Shown piece by piece: positions 29,381-40,502 of a stretch of DNA of 64,000 bases (positions within the stretch are counted from its first letter, which is position 1; every line of letters starts with the position of its first letter). Under the pieces are notes generated by a model. It was not told where the DNA came from, ran no database searches, and saw only the letters and a list, made by a program, of their open reading frames with translations. Made by a program: the position numbers and the translations under genes. Source of the DNA: Ranitomeya imitator (Eukaryota); contig NC_091289.1 in NCBI RefSeq assembly GCF_032444005.1, positions 13,392,001-13,456,000 on the forward strand, written 5' to 3'.

Positions 29381-29642
29381 TCCAATGTCTATTCCCGCCT
29401 TTCCAGTGTTGATTGGCGTTATGATGTCACTCTGTATCACTACCAGCCTCCTCCATATCGTGGGCATGCGTGCTGCTGCCAGGCGTACTGTGCCCAGCTC
29501 CATCACTACGCTCTACTTCTAGCTAATGCCCAATCCCACTGTCAGCATGAATAGCAGCGTCCCAGTGTGAATGAGGCTCTCAGACACCTCCATAGTCCTC
29601 AATAGCACAAGATGCCAGCACATGCGTAGTACAAATATGTTA

Positions 29643-30257
29643 GGGTGGTTTCACATTTGCGGTTTTTTTTTACGTTTTTGCGGTAAAAAACGCAAAAAAA
29701 GCATGCGTTTTTCCCCCTATATTTAACATTAAAAACGCATGCGTTTTTTTTTGTATGCGTTTTGACGCGTTTTTGCATCGCATGCGTTTTTTCTGCATGC
29801 GTTGTGTTGCAGAAATGCAACATGTAGTATTTTTAGCTGCGTTTTTTTTGCCGCAAAAAAATGCATTGCTATGTAAACGCATGCGTTTTTAACCACATGC
29901 GTTTGCATGCATTTTTAAAAAAACAAAAAAACACACTGATAAACCACCCCACACCATAAAATTGATAAAGGGATCCTACCCCTAACCCCTTTAAGGGTAG
30001 GGGTAGGGTTAGGATCCCTACCCCTAGCTCTTTCTGTTTATAGTGGGTTTTTTTACTTTATTTTGATGATTGGCAGCTGTCACACATTTATCTGCATGCG
30101 TTTAAAAAACGCAAACGCATGTAAACGCGTCAAAACACCGCGTTTTTTTCACCACATACAAAAACGCAGCGTTTGCACGCATTTACATGCGTTTTTTCAC
30201 CATGCTTTTTTTTTTTTTTAAACGCATGCGTTTTGAAACGCAAGTGTGAAACCAGCC
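29643..30257. mobile_element. PIF/Harbinger-like MITE
   Basis: TIR GGGTGGTTTCACA / TGTGAAACCAGCC, TWA flanks (TTA left, TAA right), internal AAACGCATGCGTTT palindromes. Confidence 0.7.
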
Positions 30258-30269
30258 TAACTGGGTTAA

Positions 30270-30760
30270 CAACTCACTTACTGATTGGAACCAAAGAGTG
30301 GATGGAAGACACTTGGGTGACAGCAGTGGGCTGCCTCAGGGGTCAGTATTGGGCCCTCTTCTTTTTACTATTTATTAATGACCTTGTAGGGGACGTACAG
30401 AGTAGAATTTCAATATTTGCAGATGATAATAAATTCACAGGGTAATCATCACAGAGGAAGACAATTTAAAGTTACAGACTTGGGTGTATGGGTGGACGGT
30501 AAACTCTCCTTTAGTAACCAGGGTCAGGCAGCGGCTGCCAAGGCAAATAAAATAATGGGATGCATTAAACGAGGCAGAGACGCTCGAGTGACGAGAATTT
30601 AGTTTGGCCTCTATACGAGTCACTAGTGCGGCCACACCGAATACTGGGTACAATCTGTGTCTCTGGAATATAAGGACACGGGTGAACCAGAGCGGGTGCA
30701 GAGAAGAGCCACCACGGTTATTAAGGGAATGGGTGGTCCGGAATATCAAGACAGGTTATT
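30270..30760 (+). mobile_element. CR1-type LINE reverse-transcriptase fragment
   Basis: Degenerate ..PQGSVLGP.. region, FINDLVGDVQSRISIFADDNK, DLGVWVDGKLSFSNQ.QAAAAKANKIMGCIKRG and RVQRRAT motifs across frames. Confidence 0.85.
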
Positions 30761-31260
30761 ATTAATCTTCAATGTTCACTTCATTGATTTTGTTGCATCT
30801 GAAAAATCATAGATGGACACTGTCTGGTCATCATTGTGGCTTTGGAGGCTTGCAATAATGTGTCTGCTCCATATCAGTACCCTTATAATTCACAGACCGC
30901 CCCAGTGAGATCCACCATGGGGGATGTGCGTGGGTCGTGTGACCGAGGTCATGGCCACTAATGGCCCAAAAAATCAGGACACTTGGGAGCAATAGGAAAA
31001 ATGGCTCCAAGTGATCTGGTACCAGGGCCCTTGTCAGATCTCAGGAGGGTGCACACAGAGCCATTGTGCTGCTTGTGTGGAGATATTAGGGGCACCCTCC
31101 TCCGCACAATCCATAAGAGCAATGGGGGGCATGTGAGTCCCTGGACCCGCTCTCTTGCAGGGATACATCACAATTCTGGGGCTCAGCAGATCAGGATGAG
31201 GCGGGTCCTTCTGTTAAATTTAGATTTTTATTTTTCATGATGTGCGCTTCCTCCATTCCT

Positions 31261-31274
31261 CCACCAGAGGGCGC
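31261..31274 (+). promoter_or_regulatory. CTCF-consensus motif upstream of H1-10
   Basis: CCACCAGAGGGCGC. Motif match only. Confidence 0.5.
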
Positions 31275-31633
31275 AAACTGTGTTAGTTCCGAGAAATTAA
31301 ACCCTTTAATTTAAATGTCCCAATTTAACGACCCCCCCGTGATGGGATCCGGCGGCATCTGTGGGGGGTTCTCTCTACACCCCTGGTTTTAATCATAATA
31401 AAAACATTGGGGAGACTGAGAAATAGAGGGGTAAAGTACAGCCCCCTAACCCTGGCTGAGCCACTGACATAGGGAGCACCTTTTATTTTCTGCCTAGTGG
31501 TGATTTCTGGGGGGATTCTGCAGGGGGGTCGTGGTGGGTTGCAACAAGAAGCGTCCGGACTGCAGGAATTGGGGGTCATCGGCAGTGGGGGGGTGTCGGA
31601 TGAGGGGATACAGGGCGGCAAAGGTGACGGAAG

Positions 31634-31704
31634 AAACACAAGTTCCTGCAGAGACAGGCTGAGGCTGTTGTTGTTCTCAACGTGGTCCGCTCTGTCAGTA
31701 CAAG
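31634..31704 (+). promoter_or_regulatory. H1-10: H1-type promoter of H1-10 copy 1 (AC box, H4 site II-like box, degenerate TATA)
   Basis: AAACACA 31634-31640, TCAACGTGGTCC 31677-31688, TACAAG 31699-31704. Spacing matches the copy 2 promoter. Confidence 0.7.
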
Positions 31705-31740
31705 AGCCGCGGTGCAGAGGCAGGAGCGGCACATCGGGAG

Positions 31741-32520
31741 CGATCCACACAAAGCAGAGCGATCTGCAGAGCATCCACAGAGCAGAGCCATCTGCAGAGC
31801 AATCCACAGAGCAGAGCCATCTGCAGAGCAATCCACAGAGCAGAGCCATCTGCAGAGCAATCCACAGAGCAGAGCCATCTGCAGAGCAGAGCCATCTGCA
31901 GAGCATCCACAGAGCAGAGCCATCTGCAGAGCATCCACAGAGCAGAGCCATCTGCAGAGCATCCACAGAGCAGAGCCATCTGCAGAGCATCCACAGAGCA
32001 GAGCCATCTGCAGAGCATCCACAGAGCAGAGCCATCTGCAGAGCATCCACAGAGCAGAGCCATCTGCAGAGCATCCACAGAGCAGAGCCATCTGCAGAGC
32101 ATCCACAGAGCAGAGCCATCTGCAGAGCAATCCACAGAGCAGAGCCATCTGCAGAGCATCCACAGAGCAGAGCCATCTGCAGAGCATCCACAGAGCAGAG
32201 CCATCTGCAGAGCAATCCACAGAGCAGAGCCATCTGCAGAGCACCCACAGAGCAGAGCCATCTGCAGAGCATCCACAGAGCAGAGCCATCTGCAGAGCAT
32301 CCACAGAGCAGAGCGATCTGCAGAGCAATCCACACAGAGCAGAGCCATCTGCAGAGCATCCACAGAGCAGAGCATTCACAGAGCAGAGCCATCTGCAGAG
32401 CATTCACAGAGCAGAGCCATCTGCAGAGCAATCCACAGAGCAGAGAATCTGCAGAGCAATCCACAGAGCAGAGCCATCTGCAGAGCATCCACAGAGCAGA
32501 GCCATCTGCAGAGCACCCAG
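31741..32520. repeat. 28-bp minisatellite (AGAGCATCCACAGAGCAGAGCCATCTGC), about 28 copies, between promoter and ATG of H1-10
   Basis: 28-nt period, e.g. 31921 and 31949. Confidence 0.95.
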
Positions 32521-32550
32521 TGAGCAGCAGCGCAATTTGCAGAGCAGGAG

Positions 32551-33159
32551 ATGGCGCTGGAGCTGGAGGAGAACGTGCCCACCACTGAGGAGGAGGATGA
32601 GGGCGATGATGGGGAGGATGAGACCCCCGCAGGGAAGAGAAGCTCCAGGAGGAAGAAGGCGGCTGCAGCCTCATCGGGGGCCTCTAAGAAGAAGGGAAAG
32701 AAGAAGAACCAGCCCGGCAGGTACAGCCAACTGGTGGTGGACACCATCCGCAAACTGGGCGAGAGGAACGGCTCCTCCCTGGCCAAGATCTACGGCGAGG
32801 CCAAGAACGTGTCCTGGTTCGACCAGCAGAACGGCCGCACCTACCTGAAGTACTCGGTGAAGGCGCTGGTGCAGAACGACACCCTGCTGCAGGTGAAGGG
32901 GGTCGGGGCCAACGGCTCCTTCCGCCTCAACAAGAAGAAGCTGGAGGGCGGGGGGACCCCGGAGAGGAAGGCGGCCCCCAAACCGGCGGCGGCGGCCAGG
33001 AGGACTACAAGTGCCAGCAGCAGCGCCGCGAAGAAGAGCCACAAGAAAGCCAAGAAGGAGAAGCCCAAGAAGAGCAGCAAGAAGAAGGCGGCGGCGGCGG
33101 CGAGTGCGGGGGGCAGGAAGGTGAAGAAGACGGCGAAGCCCAAATCCAGGAAGGCGTGA
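32551..33159 (+). CDS. H1-10: Linker histone H1.10 (H1x), 202 aa, intronless
   Basis: MALELEEN start, diagnostic [32 protein letters not shown]...[33 protein letters not shown] globular domain, SHKK and GGRKVKK..KP C-tail. Good Kozak context; in-frame TGA 30 nt upstream fixes the start. Confidence 0.97.
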   Translation: MALELEENVPTTEEEDEGDDGEDETPAGKRSSRRKKAAAASSGASKKKGKKKNQPGRYSQLVVDTIRKLGERNGSSLAKIYGEAKNVSWFDQQNGRTYLKYSVKALVQNDTLLQVKGVGANGSFRLNKKKLEGGGTPERKAAPKPAAAARRTTSASSSAAKKSHKKAKKEKPKKSSKKKAAAAASAGGRKVKKTAKPKSRKA

Positions 33160-33439
33160 GGGGGGGGGGGGCGACCGCCGACCGGACCGCTCGTGTTCGT
33201 GCAATGATGTGATCGTGTCCCCCCGAGAGGCGGAGCCCGGACACGGCGGCCCAAGGCCGGACACAACAGCCCGGACACAATGTATCCACTCATTCTGCTC
33301 GGAACTTTCACACAATCGGCGCCACTTGATTGGCCCGAGAGAAGCTGTCACCCTAGCGACGGCGTTCCATGGGCGTGGCCTCGGTGACAGCTGTGAAGTG
33401 GCAGGAGGAGGCGCAGGACAGTGAGGCCTCTCGGGGGTT

Positions 33440-34270
33440 CTTCTCCTTCTCTTCTCCTCCGCTTTCTTCCTCTACTCCTCTGCTTTCTCCTCTTTCCTCT
33501 TCTACTCTTTCTTCATCTCCTTCTCTTCCTCTTCTCCTTTTTTCCTCCTTTCTTCATCTCCTCCTCCTTCTGTCCTTTCCTCTCCTCCTTTTCCTCTTTA
33601 CTCTTCTTCCTCTTCTCCATCTCCTCTTCTTATCTCCTCCTTCTCTTCCCCATCTTTTTCCTCTTCTCCTTTTCTTATTCTTCATCTCCTCCTCCTTCTA
33701 TCTTCTTTCCTCTCCTCCTTCTATTTACTCTTCCCCTCCTCCACTTTCTTCCTCTTCCTCCTCTGCTTTTTCGTCTTCTTATTCTTCATCTCCTCCTTCT
33801 GTCCTTTCCTCTCCTCCTTTTCCTCTTTACTCTTCTTCCTCTTCTCCATCTCCTCTTTCCTCCTTCTTCTCTTCCCCATCTTTTTCCTCTTCTCCTTTTC
33901 TTATTCTTCATCTCCTCCTCCTTCTATCTTCTTTCCTCTCCTCCTTCTATTTACTCTTCCCCTCCTCCACTTTCTTCCTCTTCCTCCTCTGGTTTTTCGT
34001 CTTCTTATTCTTCATCTCCTCCTTCTGTCCTTTCCTCTCCTCCTTTTCCTCTTTACTCTTCTTCCTCTTCTCCATCTCCTCTTTCCTCCTTCTTCTCTTC
34101 CCCATCCTTTTCCTCTTCTCCTTTTCTTATTCTTCATCTCCTCCTCCTTCTATCTTCTTTCCTCTTCTCTTTTTTCTCTCATACTTTCTTGTTATTCTTC
34201 ATCTCCTTCTCCCCTTTCCTATCCTCCTCCTATTTACTCTCCTCCTTCTCCTCTTTACACTTCTTTCGCT
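33440..34270. repeat. Polypyrimidine low-complexity tract with a 226-bp higher-order repeat
   Basis: Almost only C/T. The TTATTCTTCATCTCCTCCTCCTTCTATC block recurs at 33675, 33901 and 34127. Confidence 0.9.
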
Positions 34271-34378
34271 CCTCGGGACCTTTCATTCCTTTTGTAGATT
34301 TTCTGTTGCTCTTTATTTTGCACTTTATAATTTTATCTTTTATGTATTTTATGTTCGGTTATTTTTTATGCTGAATTA

Positions 34379-34384
34379 AATAAA
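34379..34384 (+). terminator. H1-10: Candidate polyadenylation signal of H1-10 copy 1
   Basis: Overlapping ATTAAA/AATAAA followed by a T/GT-rich region. No histone stem-loop after the stop. Confidence 0.6.
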
Positions 34385-35320
34385 AAAGACTTGTTTAAAC
34401 CGTTGTGATTTTTGTTATTAATAATTGTATCACTATATAAGGCGGAGATAATAAGTGCCGACAATGAGGGTGTCTGGGCTAAAAGTACTTAAAGGGGTTG
34501 TCAGGTGAAAAAGAAGTTCTGACCCATCCACAGGGTAGGTGATCAGTAGCTGTTGGGTGGGGGGCGCCGACCCCTGGGACCCTCCCTGAGGAGCAGAACA
34601 GGCACTTTGATCCCTCGTTCGTTCATTCAACCTCACACTCCATTTTGTAACTCGTACAGATGTAGGGTTCTCGCACACAAGTGGTCTCCATGTTTGCGGC
34701 GCACTCGTACCTGTGAGTCTATGGGACCAGTCACATGTCCGTGATTTCCCACAGAACGAGTGATGAGTGCAAAAAAGCAGAGACATGTCTGATTTCAATC
34801 CGAGTGTCGGCTCAGAATCGGAAATGCAAGTGTATGAGTCCATGAAAAACATCATACAGCGATCAGATGGCGTCCGAGTGCAGTCCAATATCTATGTCAC
34901 ATAGGAGAAAGTGCAAAAACTTTTCCTTTTATTTTTTCTTCATGTACGAGAAAAACTGATGACATTTGGACCAAACTGTGATCAAAACAATCACTGGTTT
35001 TTTTGCCGATGAGGAAAACAGACGTCTGAATGAGGCCAAACACTGAGCGTCCTATAGATATTCTTATTAAAGGGGTCTGTCTGATCACCCAATTCCTTTA
35101 AAATAAACTAGTTGGAGACAAAAATGTAAAAAGCTCTATTAAATTATTGTAGACATTAGCGTTGAGTAAAAAGATTCTGAGGGCCCTGGTTTGGCACCTA
35201 TGTGGGTGGTCCACGGAAGTCAGACAAGGGTGGTGCGGACCGAATTCTGGCAATCTGGACATCTCTTGTCTAAAAGTAATTGGTCCAAGGGATTGAAACT
35301 TTAAAGAACAGCGGCAGAAC

Positions 35321-36724
35321 GGGGGAACATATATACCAGGATGGAGGATATATACACCAGGATGGAAGACATATATACCAGGATGGGGACATATATACCG
35401 GGATGGGGACATATATACCGGGATGGGAGACATATACCGGGATGGGGGACATATATACCAGGAAGAGGGACATATATACCAGGATGGAAGACATATATAC
35501 CGGGATGGGAGACATATATACTGGGATGGGAGACATATATACCGGGATGGGGGACATATATACCGGGATGGGAGACATATATACCGGGATGGGAGACATA
35601 TATACCGGGATGGAAGACATATATACCGGGATGGAAGACATATATACCGGGATGGGGGACATATATACCGGGATGGGGGACATATATACCGGGATGGTGG
35701 ACATATATACCGGGATGGAAGACATATATACCGGGATGGAAGACATGTATACCGGGATGGGGGACATGTATACCGGGATGGGGGACATATATACCGGGAT
35801 GGAAGACATATATACCGGGATGGAAGACATATATACCGGGATGGAAGACATATATATCAGGATGGGGACATATATACCAGAATGGGGACATATATACCAG
35901 GATGGGAGACATATATACCGGGATGGGGACATATATACCAGGAAGAGGGACATATATACCAGGATGGGGGACATATACACCAGGATGGAAGACATATACA
36001 CCAGGATGGAAGACATATACACCAGGATGGAAGACATATACCAGGATGGGGGACATATATCAGGATGGGGACATATATCAGGATGGGGACATATATACCG
36101 GGATGGAAGACATATATACTGGGATGGGGGACATATATACCGGGATGGGAGACATATATACCGGGATGGGGGACATATATACCGGGATGGAAGACATATA
36201 TACTGGGATGGGGAACATATATATCAGGATGGGACATATACCGGGATGGAAGACATATATACCGGGATGGAAGACATATATGAGGATGGGGAACATATAT
36301 ACCAGGATGGGAGACATATATACCAGGAAGAGGGACATATATACCAGGATGGGGGACATGTACACCAGGATGGAAGACATATACACCAGGATGGAAGACA
36401 TATACACCAGGATGGAAGACATATACCAGGATGGGGGACATATATCAGGATGGGGGACATATATCAGGATGGGGACATATATACCGGGATGGAAGACATA
36501 TATACTGGGATGGGGGACATATATACCGGGATGGGAGACATATATACCGGGATGGGGGACATATATACCGGGATGGAAGACATATATACTGGGATGGGGA
36601 ACATATATATCAGGATGGGACATATACCGGGATGGAAGACATATATGAGGATGGGGAACATATATACCAGGATGGGAGACATATATACCGGGATGGGGAC
36701 ATATATACAGGGACGGGAGACATA
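35321..36724. repeat. 21-bp minisatellite (GACATATATACCGGGATGG(G/A)(G/A)); continues at 38331..38835, 40440..40502 and 41163..41590
   Basis: 7-aa periodicity (MGDIYTG) in the ORF track. The array is split by transposon insertions. Confidence 0.95.
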
Positions 36725-38330
36725 CAGTGGGGCAAAAAAGTATTTAGTCAGTCAGCAATAGTGCAAGTTCCACCACTTAAAAAGATGAGAGGCGTCTGTA
36801 ATTTACATCATAGGTAGACCTCAACTATGGGAGACAAACTGAGAAAAAAAAATCCAGAAAATCACATTGTCTGTTTTTTTAACATTTTATTTGCATATTA
36901 TGGTGGAAAATAAGTATTTGGTCAGAAACAAACAATCAAGATTTCTGGCTCTCACAGACCTGTAACTTCTTCTTTAAGAGTCTCCTCTTTCCTCCACTCA
37001 TTACCTGTAGTAATATCACCTGTTTAAACTTGTTATCAGTATAAAAAGACACCTGTGCACACCCTCAAACAGTCTGACTCCAAACTCCACTATGGTGAAG
37101 ACCAAAGAGCTGTCAAAGGACACCAGAAACAAAATTGTAGCCCTGCACCAGGCTGGGAAGACTGAATCTGCAATAGCCAACCAGCTTGGAGTGAAGAAAT
37201 CAACAGTGGGAGCAATAATTAGAAAATGGAAGACATACAAGACCACTGATAATCTCCCTCGATCTGGGGCTCCACGCAAAATCCCACCCCGTGGGGTCAG
37301 AATGATCACAAGAACGGTGAGCAAAAATCCCAGAACCACGCGGGGGGAACTTGTGAATGAACTGCAGAGAGCTGGGACCAATGTAACAAGGCCTACCATA
37401 AGTAACACACTACGCCACCATGGACTCAGATCCTGCAGTGCCAGACGTGTCCCACTGCTTAAGCCAGTACATGTCCGAGCCCGTCTGAAGTTTGCTAGAG
37501 AGCATTTGGATGATCCGGAGGAGTTTTGGGAGAATGTCCTATGGTCTGATGAAACCAAACTGGAACTGTTTGGTAGAAACACAACTTGTCGTGTTTGGAG
37601 GAAAAAGAATACTGAGTTGCATCCATCAAACACCATACCTACTATAAAGCATGGTGGTGGAAACATCATGCTTTGGGGCTGTTTCTCTGCAAAGGGGCCA
37701 GGACGACTGATCCGGGTACATGAAAGAATGAATGGGGCCATGTATCGTGAGATTTTGAGTGCAAACCTCCTTCCATCAGCAAGGGCATTGAAGATGAAAC
37801 GTGGCTGGGTCTTTCAACATGACAATGATCCAAAGCACACCCCCAGGGCAACGAAGGAGTGGCTTCGTAAGAAGCATTTCAAGGTCCTGGAGTGGCCTAG
37901 CCAGTCTCCAGATCTCAACCCTATAGAAAACCTTTGGAGGGAGTTGAAAGTCCGTGTTGCCAAGCGAAAAGCCAAAAACATCACTGCTCTAGAGGAGATC
38001 TGCATGGAGGAATGGGCCAACATACCAACAACAGTGTGTGGCAACCTTGTGAAGACTTACAGAAAACGTTTGACCTCTGTCATTGCCAACAAAGGATATA
38101 TTACAAAGTATTGAGATGAAATTTTGTTTCTGACCAAATACTTATTTTCCACCATAATATGCAAATAAAATGTTAAAAAAACAGACAATGTGATTTTCTG
38201 GATTTTTTTTTCTCAGTTTGTCTCCCATAGTTGAGGTCTACCTATGATGTAAATTACAGACGCCTCTCATCTTTTTAAGTGGTGGAACTTGCACTATTGC
38301 TGACTGACTAAATACTTTTTTGCCCCACTG
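36725..38330 (+). mobile_element. Intact 1606-bp Tc1 element (copy A)
   Basis: TA-CAGTGGGGCAAAAAAG...CTTTTTTGCCCCACTG-TA, about 205-bp TIRs, complete ORF. Confidence 0.98.
37092..38114 (+). CDS. Tc1 transposase, 340 aa, DD34E
   Basis: Paired-like HTH N-terminus, LWSDETK, FQHDND and PDLNPIE motifs; 34 residues between the second D and E; no stops. Confidence 0.96.
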   Translation: MVKTKELSKDTRNKIVALHQAGKTESAIANQLGVKKSTVGAIIRKWKTYKTTDNLPRSGAPRKIPPRGVRMITRTVSKNPRTTRGELVNELQRAGTNVTRPTISNTLRHHGLRSCSARRVPLLKPVHVRARLKFAREHLDDPEEFWENVLWSDETKLELFGRNTTCRVWRKKNTELHPSNTIPTIKHGGGNIMLWGCFSAKGPGRLIRVHERMNGAMYREILSANLLPSARALKMKRGWVFQHDNDPKHTPRATKEWLRKKHFKVLEWPSQSPDLNPIENLWRELKVRVAKRKAKNITALEEICMEEWANIPTTVCGNLVKTYRKRLTSVIANKGYITKY

Positions 38331-38835
38331 TATATACCGGGACGGGAGACATGTATACCGGGACGGGGGACATGTATACCGGGACGGGGGACATGTATAC
38401 CGGGATGGGAGACATGTATACCGGGATGGGGGACATGTATACCGGGATGGGGGACATGTATACCGGGATGGGGGACATGTATACCGGGATGGGGGACATG
38501 TATACCGGGATGGGAGACATATATACCGGGATGGGAGACATATATACCGGGATGGGGGACATATATACCGGGATGGGAGACATATATACCGGGATGGGAG
38601 ACATATATACCGGGATGGGGACATGTATACCGGGATGGGGGACATGTATACCGGGATGGGGGACATGTATACCGGGATGGGGGACATGTATACCGGGATG
38701 GGGGACATGTATACCGGGATGGGAGACATGTATACCGGGATGGGAGACATGTATACCGGGATCGGGGACATGTATACCGGGATGGGGGACATATATATCA
38801 GGAGGGGAGACATATATACCAGGATGGGAGACATA

Positions 38836-40439
38836 CAGTGGGGCAAAAAAGTATTTAGTCAGTCAGCAATAGTGCAAGTTCCACCACTTAAAAAGATGAG
38901 AGGCGTCTGTAATTTACATCATAGGTAGACCTCAACTATGGGAGACAAACTGAGAAAAAAAAATCCAGAAAATCACATTGTCTGTTTTTTTAACATTTTA
39001 TTTGCATATTATGGTGGAAAATAAGTATTTGGTCAGAAACAAAATTTCATCTCAATACTTTGTAATATATCCTTTGTTGGCAATGACAGAGGTCAAACGT
39101 TTTCTGTAAGTCTTCACAAGGTTGCCACACACTGTTGTTGGTATGTTGGCCCATTCCTCCATGCAGATCTCCTCTAGAGCAGTGATGTTTTTGGCTTTTC
39201 GCTTGGCAACACGGACTTTCAACTCCCTCCAAAGGTTTTCTATAGGGTTGAGATCTGGAGACTGGCTAGGCCACTCCAGGACCTTGAAATGCTTCTTACG
39301 AAGCCACTCCTTCGTTGCCCTGGCGGTGTGCTTTGGATCATTGTCATGTTGAAAGACCCAGCCACGTTTCATCTTCAATGTCCTTGCTGATGGAAGGAGG
39401 TTTGCACTCAAAATCTCACGATACATGGCCCCATTCATTCTTTCATGTACCCGGATCAGTCGTCCTGGCCCCTTTGCAGAGAATCAGCCCCAAAGCATGA
39501 TGTTTCCACCACCATGCTTTACAGTAGGTATGGTGTTTGATGGATGCAACTCAGTATTCTTTTTCCTCCAAACACAAGTTGTGTTTCTACCAAACAGTTC
39601 CAGTTTGGTTTCATCAGACCATAGGACATTCTCCCAAAACTCCTCTGGATCATCCAAATGCTCTCTAGCAAACTTCAGACGGGCCCGGACATGTACTGGC
39701 TTAAGCAGTGGGACACGTCTGGCACTGCAGGATCTGAGTCCATGGTGGCGTAGTGTGTTACTTATGGTAGGCCTTGTTACATTGGTCCCAGCTCTCTGCA
39801 GTTCATTCACTAGGTCCCCCCGCGTGGTTCTGGGATTTTTGCTCACCGTTCTTGTGATCATTCTGACCCCACGGGGTGGGATTTTGCGTGGAGCCCCAGA
39901 TCGAGGGAGATTATCAGTGGTCTTGTATGTCTTCCATTTTCTAATTATTGCTCCCACTGTTGATTTCTTCACTCCAAGCTGGTTGGCTATTGCAGATTCA
40001 GTCTTCCCAGCCTGGTGCAGGGCTACAATTTTGTTTCTGGTGTCCTTTGACAGCTCTTTTATCTTCACCATAGTGGAGTTTGGAGTCAGACTGTTTGAGG
40101 GTGTGCACAGGTGTCTTTTTATACTGATAACAAGTTTAAACAGGTGCCATTACTACAGGTAATGAGTGGAGGAAAAAGGAGACTCTTTAAGAAGAAGTTA
40201 CATGTCTGTGAGAGAAAGAAATCTTGATTGTTTGTTTCTGACCAAATACTTATTTTCCACCATAATATGCAAATAAAATGTTAAAAAAACAGACAATGTG
40301 ATTTTCTGGATTTTTTTTTTCTCAGTTTGTCTCCCATAGTTGAGGTCTACCTATGATGTAAATTACAGACGCCTCTCATCTTTTTAAGTGGTGGAACTTG
40401 CACTATTGCTGACTGACTAAATACTTTTTTGCCCCACTG
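38836..40439 (-). mobile_element. 1604-bp Tc1 element (copy B), same family, inverted relative to copy A
   Basis: Same TIRs, TA flanks, transposase on the minus strand. Confidence 0.98.
39052..40071 (-). pseudogene. Tc1 transposase with a nonsense mutation
   Basis: TGT>TGA at 39484-39486 (LWGC>LWG*), a 3-bp in-frame deletion (TCRV>TCV), and several substitutions relative to copy A. The downstream frame is unchanged. Confidence 0.93.
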
Positions 40440-40502
40440 TATATACCAGGATTGGAAACATATATATCAGGATGGGGATATATATATCAGGATGGGAGAC
40501 AT

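Noticed and set aside
31325-32848. ORFs of 363-449 aa overlapping the H1-10 upstream region, including a possible N-terminal extension of H1-10
   Set aside because: Produced by the stop-free 28-bp repeat. They are in other frames or strands, and an in-frame TGA at 32521 blocks extension of H1-10.
33369-34379. 336- and 317-aa F/S/L/P-rich ORFs resembling membrane proteins
   Set aside because: Artefact of the C/T-only tract, which cannot form stop codons.
35280-36761. 493-aa repetitive ORF and overlapping ORFs
   Set aside because: 21-bp minisatellite translation with no domain or splice evidence.
36725-40439. Inverted Tc1 pair as a fold-back sequencing artefact
   Set aside because: The copies differ by a nonsense codon, a 3-bp deletion and several substitutions, and each has its own TA flanks. 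Spanning reads are still desirable.
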